Assembly (NCBI GenBank): GCA_050084515.1 | Contig: CM114271.1 | Coordinates: forward strand, 8,432,001-8,496,000 | DNA length: 64,000 nt | From: Blasia pusilla | Taxonomy: Eukaryota | Direction of reading: 5' to 3' | Shown: piece by piece, positions 38,901 to 50,446 of the stretch | How the letters are laid out: each line of letters begins with the position of its first letter | Numbering within the stretch: the stretch's first letter is position 1 | The notes under the pieces: model-generated | Database searches by the model: none | What the model was told of the DNA's origin: nothing | The model's input: the letters and a program-made list of their open reading frames with translations, nothing else | Made by a program: the position numbers and the translations under genes

Positions 38901-39641
38901 GGAACTGCTCTCCTGCTGGCTCCCGCGCTTGATGCTTGAGAGGGAGGAAGTAAAGGTGCTGCCCGAGGTGCTCTGATCGGCTCCTCGCTCCCTGACTCCC
39001 CAAAGGGGTCCCTGGACGACTCTTCGTCCGACTACAAACTGGCAGGGGACGTAGTGGAGAATTTGTCCCTTTCTTTCTTCTTGCTCTTCGCCTTCGGACG
39101 AGGACGAAGACTCGGAGACGAACCAAGCGGTCTCCAAGCTGGTTGCTGTTCCTGCTGCTTACTGCGCCGATCGGCTCGCTTCTCTCGCGAAGAGGGCTGA
39201 GAGCCTTCCATAAGTCTCTTGGGGGATTTGGCAACTTGTATTCACCCCCACGGTGGCGATAGGGTAAGGGTCCATGGATAGAGGTTAACTACTGATTCTT
39301 TTTACATCTACAGGAGGGTGCCTGATGCTCCTACGCTTCCTGCCAGGTTTTCCTCCCATAGACAGAAGTACCGGGTTTTCACCAAGTACAACTATCGTCC
39401 ATGGGCGAAGCACCGTTCGGCGACCGGTTCTTTGACCATTCTAATTAGTTGGCCTATCTTCTCTAGCACCAATGCAGCAACTGTATTGTTATCTTCAAGC
39501 ATACATTGTCTTACGGGGGTCGCTAGAGCTAGCCGATGGTCTTTAGTAAGAAATAGAATGTGGGGTTGTCTAGGAGCGAAGCTTCTTTCTCCGTTCCCTG
39601 CTTCCCCATGGGTCTTTCTCTCCCCTCTCAGCCAAGGATAT

Positions 39642-39661
39642 GATCCCCGACAGCGGCGCCA
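39642..39661 (-). promoter_or_regulatory. Primer binding site, tRNA-Asp type
   Basis: TGGCGCCGCTGTCGGGGATC, close to the Athila-type TGGCGCCGTTGCCGGGGA; 17 nt from the LTR end. Confidence 0.8.
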
Positions 39662-39678
39662 AAAAGTCTTCGACTATA

Positions 39679-40836
39679 TGTAATGTCTAAGTGTTTCTTA
39701 TTTACAGTCAATTGTAGAGTTCGATCCCCAAGAGGATCATTGTGGGATGAAAAGAGAGTATAAAGTGATGATTATGTTGTAAAAGTGTAATTGATTATGT
39801 AATTCAAATGTAGTATTCCAGTAACATCTTCCGATCCTTTCTAGTACCTATGTTTTCTTCTTCAATTCTCTCGAGTGGAGTTTAAAGTACGCTCAGGAAA
39901 TTTGTTCTCTCGATATCTCGGAACCTCACAGAGACCTCAAGAATAAAGCTGGCTTCTCCTACTTTCAGAACTCAATCCGTCGGGGCAGGTTACTCTCTGT
40001 CAAACAGATTTCATACAACTTTATGTTGATTATTCCATTGATGAGAAAGGTTACTTTGATTCACTCTCTTCACTCATGCAGACCCAAAAAGAATATTTAG
40101 ACATAAGCATCGCACATCAGAATGAATGAATGAATGCTTTACTACTCCATCAAGAATTGGAAGACTTCAAAGTATATGCAAGCTCGAGAGGGTACAACTC
40201 TCTTGCTCGGACCATTCCTACAGCATAAGAACTTCATGAGCGAATGATGATAATAGCTTCTGTCCTGTTTCTTAAATATTCTCGAGAGGAGGAGCGTTTC
40301 TATGATCCGAAGCGTTCTCGAAGAAGTTGGTGTCTCTTCAATATTTGTAACTACCTAGATCTATGGTTCTCTTAGCTTTTAAATCGATCCCTATGAATCC
40401 AGCGGTACAAAATCTGTTCTAACTACCAATTTGATACAAAGGGTCGCCCTTTCCTAGTCTAATTGTTTAAACTATGTGTCGGTTGAATCACAATCATCTT
40501 TGAGCATTGCGCTAAATTTCGGAGGGCGAAATTCTTCATTCTCTTCTTAGCCGTGCTTCGCTCAGAGCGAAGTACCTGATATCTGAGCCGTTGAGCCGTT
40601 AGACTTTGTTAAGCTTCGCTAAGCTTCGCTTTGATCCTTTATACTTCTTTACAGCTTTTGATTCTCCTCTAAAGCAAATCCTTGATCTTCCATCTCTCTG
40701 CCTTGTCTTAGGAGCTTGGTGACTCACTTATTCTTCTTCATAATAATAGATAATCATAATTAAAATCATAATATACAAGAGTCTTTGTTGAATAAAAAGA
40801 TATATTCTTCAAGATTACAAAATTGTGGGTATCACA
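39679..40836 (-). repeat. 5' LTR
   Basis: Direct repeat of 30857-32022; TG...CA ends. Confidence 0.95.
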
Positions 40837-42387
40837 CCAACCGAGCCTTGTGTCTTCCTACTCGTTCCTCTTACGAGTATCAGGCAATAGTTTGATGTCA
40901 TCTCTGCCCTTTAAAATGTTCAAGCACATTTTTGTCGACAAGTTTCCGCCCCCGTACAATGGTAATTGCATTTTTGAATTGCCTGCCCTTGGTGGTCCTA
41001 CTCAAAAGAAAGATGGAGGACGCTTGAAGGATATGGACGGAAAGTCTGATTGTCATTGATGGTGCAGGCTTCAACGGACTAGTGCTTCAATTCCAGATGG
41101 TCCTTGGATTGTTTCTCGCCGCCAATGCGTTGGACCTTTACAGAATAGAAGTCCAGGTTGCCCATATCTAGAGCGCAATAGGCGAGTCAATACGTTGCAA
41201 TTCCCCCCAAAGAATGCAGAAACTCCATATGAGGTCTGTGCAACCATACCTCCAAGAGGCCATCGATGTCCTCATTGTCAAGCATCCCCTTTCTGCGTTG
41301 GAGCGTGTCCTGCATACATATTTTTCATTGTGCATGACTTCAATTCTACGTGCGAGTATACAAGGCTGTCAGTTCATGTTGGCTCCCACATTCATCCGGT
41401 TACTGGTGCAATTCAGAGACACATCAAGGAGGATGTAGCAAAGAAAGTGGCCGAGGTATATAGAAACTCTCTAGGATCAAAGCCCAGAGTGATCAAGTTA
41501 ACAATAACATCACAAATTTGTAAAAAACTGCTTGGAATCCCTGGGCGAGATCACGATTGCTAAGGAGAAACAACTCTGGGAAAATCTTGCATTTCTCGTT
41601 GATCCTAAATGCTTCCGGAACTTGTTGCGTCAAATATGGGTACTTGATGGAAAGACAGCCGAAATGGATGCCATTGCCAGAATCAAGGCCAACTCCATAT
41701 TTTCATTTATTCAGAGATGGCAGTTTATGGGCCAGGGAGGCGAAGGATCCAGGGCTTATGTCTTCAAAATGTCAACTATAGGGTCGTCAAGTGGCCTCGA
41801 TCTTATAGATCGAATGAGGGAAGGGGAAGATCTCTACGGCAACTGGGTAAGCTTTGATATTTGCTACAAAGTGCCGAATGGATGGTTGACCATGGGTGCT
41901 CACGTTTACGACCATGTGGAGAAGGGACTCAAAACTATATTTGTGTGTGAGGTAAAAGCAGAAGACGTTGGCAGTTTGGAGATGTGTTGGTTACTCTTAT
42001 TGAAGGTGGTAAAGGAAAAAAAAGAGGCCACCTCCGGAAATTTATGGATTCATGGCGGGCAATGCACAACCTGGATGGATTGCTATCAGGGAAGTGTTTT
42101 GGGATGGAGAGGTTCAACCAAAGAGGGAAAGGTCGGATGCTTTCCATTGGCAAGTGTCTGTGACCCGATACACCAAATCTTACATCAAGGAGAATAAGAG
42201 AACAGAGCATGTCACTCTACTCCAACGCTGTAAGGACAACAAAACCTTGAAACAGGCCATGGAGTGCCAAGAAGAACTTCATGGGTGGTGGAGGAAGCAT
42301 GCGATTGAGGGGAAGTATAAAGAGTTGTGCTCTTGGCTCAGTTGGTGGACTGTACGAATGAGACAATGGGGAAACATCTTGCGGCAG

Positions 42388-43398
42388 GTGAGTTCAATAC
42401 ATCGTCCTTTCGAGCTCATGCTGAGAATTTTTTGAAAAGTTGCAGCTCAAGATGAGAATCGTGGGAACTATAGGGATTTCAAACCGCAGAAACCAAGCAA
42501 CCTGTCGGAAACCGACATGTTGCATTAAGAATGTTTGTGCAACCTGTCAGAACTTGACTGGTTACATGAGTGTCACACCCGTCGGAGCGCAATAGGATGC
42601 ATGAGGAGTGTTTGTACATCCTCTCTGAACCTGATTGGTTGCATGAGTGTGCAACCCGTTGGCTCTCGACGGATTGCAAGTTGGATGTATACAAGGCCTG
42701 CAAATAGTTTGACCCGGATGGGTTGCAAGCTGCAAGGCTGTGAGTTAACTCGGTTTGCGACCCGTCGGATTCCAAAAAGTTGCGTCTGTTTGCAACCTGT
42801 CAAATTCCGACTAGTTGCGTCTATCTCCGACTCCTCGCATTTAGACAGGTTGCGGATGTCTCCAACTCCTCGCATCCAGACACGTTGCATCAGTGCAAGT
42901 TAACCGAAATCCGTCGAATTCTGATAAATTGCAAAAGTTCGTGTGTGGACACTTCTTGCAATCCAACAAAATCCGACAGGTTGCACAAGGATTTTCGAGA
43001 CCGGACCGGCCTGCTTCTTACAACCCTTCCGATTTCGATGGGTTTTAGAAGCAGGTTCCTGGGTGCTGGATTGTCGTAAGAGGTTCTTGGGACATTCCAG
43101 GGATGTCTCCAACTTGCAACCCGTTTCAAGTCGGAGGCTGGAAAGTCCATGTGTGATCCGTCAGATTCTGATGACTTGCACTTGGATCTTCCAGCCCGGA
43201 GTGGCCAAAGTTACTTGCAACCTGTCTGAATCCGATAGGTTGCACTAGGTGGTTCCTGGATGTTGCAACATATCGGAAACCGATGGGTTGCAGAGTCATT
43301 CATGGGATGCCTCCGACTTGCAACCCGTTTGGTTCCGACAGGTTGCTTTTTTCTTTGCTCAAAGAGCTATTTTTGTTCCCTTCTCATATTGCCGTCGT
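42388..43398. repeat. Transposase intron filled with degenerate palindromes
   Basis: GT donor at 42388; many CG-decayed GCAACCYGTCGG..CCGACRGGTTGC units; the acceptor region is deleted. Confidence 0.8.
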
Positions 43399-45005
43399 TG
43401 AACATTCATGAAAATACCCTCTATCCCAACACAAGTGGAGCAGAAAATGTTCATTCCTCTTGGAGGTCATCACAAGCATGCCAAAAAATTTCACTTGTGG
43501 AGGCATGCCAACAAGACCAGGCAAGAGAAATGCTACAATCTGCAGCACCCCTTATCTTCCTCACAAAAGGAATAAAAAAAGGAAAGGGGCCTTCGAATTA
43601 CGAGCTCAATATCAAGGCAGTTGTGAGATCTGGTGATGAGAAACTCTATGTGGAAGCCTTCAATCGGTGCGTAGCAGGAACTCCCCTTGAGCAAGATGTC
43701 CATATTGGTGGGGATATTTGTAGGCGTGTTTCAAGACGCCCCATACAGATGGTGGTTGAGCAGTCCGAGCGAGACTCGTGGAGACCAGATAAGTATCTTG
43801 ACTTCAGGCAAGTGAAGAGGCAACATCGAGGAACGAACCCAGTGATTGATTTGGATGAAGAAATTATGCCGCCCAGGTATTCGGAGACGACCACAGCCTG
43901 GATTCTGGGGACTCAAAACCTTTGATCGTTTCACGAGGACCGAGGATCAATTGAAGTACTTCTTATGCCCAAATGAATCCTGCGCTTTCTGAAAGTCTTA
44001 TCCAGCTGCAATTGGAGCTCCACTGAATACCCCCACAATTTGGCCCATTGCCGCACGTATGAATTGCACTCAAGACGAAGTGGACAATCTTACAAGTGCC
44101 CGCTTCAGACTCGTAGATGCAGGAAGTTTGGAGCATGTTCGTATTACAGAGACCTTTGCATTTTGTTTTCAACCCAAGATTGATGTCAACATGTATCCAG
44201 AGAAGGTGGATGATCTCAATCCACTATTTCTCTTTGAGTCTAGAAATGGGGTGAAGAGAAACAGAATGTGTAGGCCAACGGTGGAGAGAGCAAAGCGAAT
44301 CGCATTAGCTCGGGAGGCAAACATGAAAATCATCGCCACAAAAGATGCTCATAGTGGAAATTGAATAGGAAGGATGTATTGGGTCAGGAACAACATTGTA
44401 AATTCAAGTATCACAGGGGTGTATGTGGTGCACATCTGTTGCTTTCCCACATGTTCCGGTGATGACTTTGTCCAAAGAGATATAAGTGGGAAAAGGTATT
44501 TCCCTTGTAAGCACATGTACCATGTGTTGCTTGTAGTTTTAAGAGAGTCAAAGGTAGGAGTAGGAATCCACCAACCAATTCTGTCCCTCAAAGAAGTGCG
44601 AAGTATTTTAAACAAACCACTTTGAGGATGCAAAATGAGGTCTTAGATTATACTTTCATTTTCCAGAACCTTCATTTTGAGCTTGAACTCTATTCAGCCA
44701 AGGAAAAATGATAGATTTTTTCCAAACCTTGGATGGAAAATCTGATTTGTTCCACATTTATGATACCAATGATTTTTCAGTTTTTTAAATTTTGTGAAAA
44801 TTGCAACACGCCGGATTCAGACGGGTTGCCAAAATATGGAAGAGGAAAAAAAAATGTGTGGGAGTGCCTAAGCACTTAGAAGAAAAGTGCAAAAAAATTC
44901 ACTCAATAGGTTTCCTCTCTTCAATCCCACGGAAACTCTCTTCAAAAGAAAGTATCTCTTTGGGTTGAAGGTAGTCTCCTCTCTTCCTCTCCTCTTACCA
45001 CGCCT

Positions 45006-46850
45006 TGTCAGAATCCGACGAGTTGCAATATTTTTCTGGAAAATGTTCATCATGCAACCCATCTAAATACAACGGGTTGCTATTTGGTTCTGTAAAAAGT
45101 TCATCATGCAAGCCGTCACAATTCGACGGGTTGCTATTTTGTTCTCAAAAAAATTTATCATGCAACCCGTTGGAATCCAACGGGATGCTACTTTGTTCTT
45201 AAAAAAGTTCACCATGCAACACGTACCAATCCAACAATTTTTCCTGAAAAATTTCAATCGTCCAACCCGTCGGAACCCGACGGGTTGCGAGTTCCTTAAA
45301 GTGAGATAAGTTAATTTTGCAACTCATAGATGTGTAGCTGAAACTCCTCCTCTTGAGAAAGACGGCCACATTGGTGGGGATATTCGTGGACGTGTTTCGA
45401 GACGTCTCATACATATAGTAGTAGAGCAGTCTGAACGAGACTCCTCGAGACCTGATGAGTATATTGACTTCAGGAAAGTCAAGCGTCAACATTGCGGGAA
45501 GAATCCAGTGATTGATTTGATCGTTTGGATGATGAAATTACCCCGCCCAAGTATTCGGAAACACCGGACTGCTTCCAAATTTGAGTTGAAGTATCTTCTG
45601 CAAAATCAGTGAATGTTTTATTTCAAAATCCCTCTATTGTTGGAACTTCCCACCATACAGTGTCGGAGGTAGTTCAACAATATGGGATTGTGGTCATTGA
45701 GGTTGATTGCAACCTCAAGCAGTGGCATATTTCTTGAAGCAACCCAGGAAGTGCACCCACTTGCAGGGCAGGATCGGATGAGATTAGGAGAGCATAATCC
45801 ACTTTCCTGAATAAGAACTGTAGAAGGACAGGACGACCACTGCCAGGTTTTTGGGGGCTGAAAACCTTTGGCAGGTACGAGAATCGGGGATCAATTGAAG
45901 TACTTCTTTTGCCCTAAGGAATCGTGCACTTTCCAGAAGTCTTATCTAGTTGCCATTGGAGCTCCAAGTACCACTCATGAGGAAGTCAAAAATCTTACAA
46001 GTGTCAGTTTCAGACTCGTAGAGGGAGGGAGTTCGGAGCATGTTCGCATTACACAGAGTTTCACATTTCGGATTCAACCCAAGATTGATGTCAACATGTA
46101 CCCAAAGAAGGTGAATGATCTCAATCCACTATTTCAATTTGAGTCAAGAAATGGAGTGAAGAGAAATGAAATGTGTAGGCAAACGGTGGAAAGAGCAAAG
46201 CGAATCGCATAAGCTTGGGAGGCAAATATGGAAATCATCGCCACAAAAGACGTTCATAGTGGCAATGGAATAGGAAGGATGAGTTGGATTAGGAACAACA
46301 TTTTGAATTCAAGTGTGACAGGGGTGTATAAGATACACATCTATTGCTTTCCCACATGTTCCTATGATGACTTTGTCCAAAGAGAGACAACTAGGAAAAG
46401 ATATTTCCCTTGTAAGCACATGTACTATGTGTTGCTTGTAGTCTTAAGGGAGTTGAAGGTAGAAGTAGGAATCCACCAACCAATTTTGTCCCTCAAAGAA
46501 GTGCGAAAGTATTTTAAGTCCCTCAAAGTATTTTAAACAAATCACTTTGAGGATGCAAAATGAGGATTACATATGTATAGATTTTTTCCATATGGAAAAA
46601 GTGATTTGTTCCACATCTGTGATTCTAATGATTTTTCAGTTCTTTTTATTTTGTGCAACTTGCAACCCGTCAGATTCAAACGGGTTGCTAGTATGTGGAA
46701 GAGGAAAAAACATTTATGAGATGATTAAGCAAAGAGAACAAAAGTGCAAAAATATTCATAAAACAAATCTTCCTCTCTTTAACCCAACGGAAACTTTCTT
46801 CAAATGACATGAAACTCTCTTAAAAAAAAAACATCTCTTTGGGTTGAAGG
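45006..46850 (+). mobile_element. Fourth, partial copy of the MULE-type element (palindromes plus transposase 3' end with SWIM)
   Basis: 45868..46536 is homologous to 43940-44625 (FPTCSYDDF...FPCKHMYYV); cut at 46850 by the Copia LTR. Confidence 0.85.
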
Positions 46851-49800
46851 TGTATAAAACTGTTAAACAAGCATAACTGGTGGAAAACGACTCTCACACA
46901 CACATACCACCATGGAGAACAAAATTTGCAATGACAGAAATTGAGTGGAGGCTGATCCTCTTCTCAATTATATAGGGTATGTACAAGCAATCCTAACCCT
47001 ATCCTTAACCATAGTCTCAAGTTAGACTAATTGTGATTAACTAACCCTAGTTAAGATAATCTTGCTTAACTGACTAACCAAGATTAAGCTTCCCTACTTT
47101 GTGTGAATACCAAATATAGCAGTTCAAGTGTCTCATGAGCTTGACTGTAACTCAATCTTCGATACTCCCCCTCAAGCTCATATCATATCTCTAACGCCTA
47201 AATCCTTTGTAAACATCTCAAACTTATCTCTAAACAATTCCTTTGTAAAGATGTCAGCAATTTGCTGATCTGTACCTATATACATAAGATCAATTTCTCC
47301 TACAAGCACTTTCTCTGTGATAAAATGATAGTGCACCTCAAGATGCTTTGTACAAGCATGAAACACATGGTTATTAGCAAGCTTGATGCTACTAATATTG
47401 TCTGCATATCTTACACTAGGTCCTAAGTTACTAAAACCAATCTCAACAAGTAATCAATGAAGCCACACCGCCTCACATGCTGCATTGATTGCTCCTCTGG
47501 ACTCAGCCTCTGTTGAAGATAAAGCAACTATAGGTTCCTTTTTTGAAGCCCAACTTATAGTTGCGCTTTCCAAAGTAAATGAATAACCAGATGTGGAGTA
47601 TCGATCAGACACGCTTCCTGCCCAATCAGCATATGTGAATCCCTATAATTGAAAACTCCGAGAAGTTTCAAATTGAAGCCCGAATTGAATAGAGAAGTTC
47701 ACATACCGCATAATCCTTCTCACAACATCAAGGTGAGATTTTTGAGGTGCTTGCATAAAAAGGGTCACTAGGCCAACAGCAAAGCTCAAATCTGGTCAAG
47801 TTATAGTTAGATAGATCAAACTTCCAACCTTGTGCCTATACATATTAGAATCTGCGAGGAGCTCTCCTTCATCCACTCTTAGCTTCACCCTCTGGTCCAA
47901 CGGTGTAAAGATTGGCTTACAAGTTGTCATACCATATTTTTAAAGCATATGAAGAGCATATTGTCCTTGTAGTAACCACATGCTCTCTCCAACCTTGATA
48001 AACATAAACTCAATACCAAGGAAGTACTTGAGTTCTCCCAAGTCCTTCATATCAAATCCTGCTTGTAACTTAAGCTTGACTTGTTGTACAATTTCTTAAG
48101 TACTCCGAGTAATCAATAGATCGTCAACATACAACACAATGAGAACTATATGATCTTGTCCTCTCAAGACATATAACGAGGAGTCAAAATCACATACCCT
48201 AATACCCAACTCTTGTAGGACGTATGTAATCTTGCCATACCAAGCTCTTTGAGCTTGTTTAAGCCCGTATAGAGCTTTCTTCAACCTGCATACGCGAAAT
48301 GGAAACTTGAGATGCTCGTATCCAGGTGGTTGAGTAATATCTATCTCCTCGTATAGATCTCCATTCAAGAAGGCATTCTTGACGTCCATGTAATGTAATA
48401 TTCACTTCTTACTTACTGCAACTGCAACCACTATTCTCGTAGTCGCCATCTTTGCAATACGGCTAAATATTTCCTCATAATCGATACCATATTGTTGTGC
48501 ATAGCCCTTAGCCACCAATCTTGCTTTGTATCTGTTAATTGTACCATCTTAATTGCATTCGATTTTGTAAACCCATTTGCAACCAATAGCTTCCTTACCT
48601 GAAAGTATATCAACCAGCTCCCATGTTTGTTGATGTCTTAATGCAGCAAGCTCTTCCTCCATAGCTTCAATCCATTCGGCTTTACTCACAACTTTTACAA
48701 AACAACTCGGGTCCTGCTCTTGAAGGATAGTCATCATATATGCATGATGTGTCGCAAGGAAATCTTCATTTATGAATCTATGAACTGAATGTGTAACTCT
48801 ACTTGATCTACGAAGTTTTTGTTCAGAGGTAGATGCCTATGACACTTGACCCGAGCTCTGACTAGTGTCAACACATTGAATATGTACTCTTCCCGTCCAT
48901 GGACTCACAGATTTAATTGATCAATCTTCGACCTTTCCTAATCCTGCACTAGTACTTGGGGATGTTGAAGACAATGTATGTTGGTTTATAGTCATATTCT
49001 CCCCCTCAACAGACAAGTTTAGAGGTGGAATAGGCTCAGATGGAGCATACCATGACTTTAGCTCATCAAAGACAACATCCCGACTAATAATGAGTTGCCT
49101 AGAGGATGGAATGTAGCACTTATATCCCTTAGTTCCATCAGCATAGCCAATGAAGATACATCTTTCAGACTTAGGGACTAATTTCTAACGTCTCTCAGAA
49201 GGAACATGAGCATAATAGATAGAGCCAAATACTTTCAAGAAGGAAAAATCAGGTTTACTTCCTGTGAAGACTTTGAATGGAGTTTTATCATGAACTCTTG
49301 TTGTTGGAGTTCGGTTGATTAAGAAGAATGCACATGCTACAGCCTATGCCCAATACACCTAAGGCATGTTCTTCTCATTCAGCATAGCTCGTGCTGCTTC
49401 AGCAATATGTCAATTTTTCTTCTCACCCACTCCATTTTATTGTGGAGTGTAACGGCAAGTCACTTGACGTTGGATGCCATTCTAACGTAAATAGTCATCA
49501 AACTATGTTGAAAGATACTCTCCTCCTCCATCATAACGCAATTTTAGAATGTGTTGTCCAGTCTGCTTCTCTACTAGAACTCTGAATGTTTGGAACACTG
49601 AGAATACCTCTGACTTGGCTTTCAGAAAGTATACCCATATATATCTAGAGAAGTCATCAATAAATGAAACAAAGTACTGGAAACCACTAAGGCTATGTTG
49701 TGATGTTGTCCACACATCAATGGGGATCAACTCCAATATCTTGGATGCTCTTCTACCTTGCTTTGGAAAAGGAAATCTAGCTTGTTTTCCAAATTGGCAA

Positions 49801-50410
49801 GTAGGAGATACCTCTAATATAGCAGGACTCGCTAATTTAGGGAGTCCTATTACTATATTAGATGATGAAAGACTCTGTAATCTTTGAAGATTCATTGTCC
49901 AATTCTTTTATGCCACATATTTAGATATGTGATTTGTTGGCCGGTTTGACCATACATTGATGTTTGAATCTCTCGCATAGAAATATCTAATTTGAACATT
50001 CTACCAGATCTAGTTCCTTTGGCTATCGTAGTATGGTCATCCATTGTTTCAATGAAACAACCATCTACGTTAAACTTTACTTGATAACGGTGTTCTACTA
50101 TCTGTCCTACAGAGATTAGATTTCTTCCAATGGTAGGAACATTGAGAACATTTCCAAGAGCACAAAGACCATCTGATGCTATTGGAACTTTACTGATATA
50201 CGTGATATGATGTTGAGTATCATCTCATGTGAGCACAATTGTAGGATCTTTCACCAGTTCCAAACTATTGAACTATTTAGCTTGTGAGGTCATGTGATTT
50301 GATGCACCAGAGTCAATGTACCAATCTGTTGTCAAGTCTTACTTGACCATTGCTCCCATATGATGAGTCATGACCAAGAGATGCTCAATTTGTGAATGGT
50401 TGTTCTTGGA
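46851..50410 (-). mobile_element. Ty1/Copia element, 5'-truncated in this window
   Basis: PR DWYIDSGASNHMT (about 50290-50326); INT (CQFGKQ, FIDDFSR, DGGGEY); RT (MDVKNAFLNG, LYVDDL); RH (TKHLEVHYHF, QIADIFTK); PPT gagggggag; 3' LTR 46851-47164. Confidence 0.93.
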
Positions 50411-50446
50411 GGTGCGGTAAGAGGAGAGGAAGAGAGGAAGAGAGGA

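Larger units (their letters stand above)
30857..40836 (-). mobile_element. Athila-like Ty3/Gypsy LTR retrotransposon with both LTRs and an internal RT deletion
   Basis: LTRs 30857-32022 and 39679-40836 are highly similar. TSD ccaat/ccaac; PBS 39642-39661; PPT 32023-32035; order gag-PR-(RT)-RH-INT-extra ORF. Confidence 0.96.
30394..44625 (+). pseudogene. MULE-type transposase (copy 1), split by a Gypsy insertion and an intron
   Basis: MDNYVKL start; WVSFDICY; DAFHW; donor cag|gtgagt at 42388; PNTSGAENVHSSW; SWIM-like FPTCSGDDF...FPCKHMYHV. Stops, frameshifts and a deletion near 43890. Confidence 0.85.
25141..45005 (+). mobile_element. Two-gene MULE-type DNA transposon, copy 1 (ParB-like gene on minus, transposase on plus), with a nested 10-kb Gypsy
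   Basis: Colinear inverted homology with 50411-64000 across both genes, the intron positions, the promoters and the downstream end (cctctcctcttaccacgcct). The left part is truncated. Confidence 0.85.
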
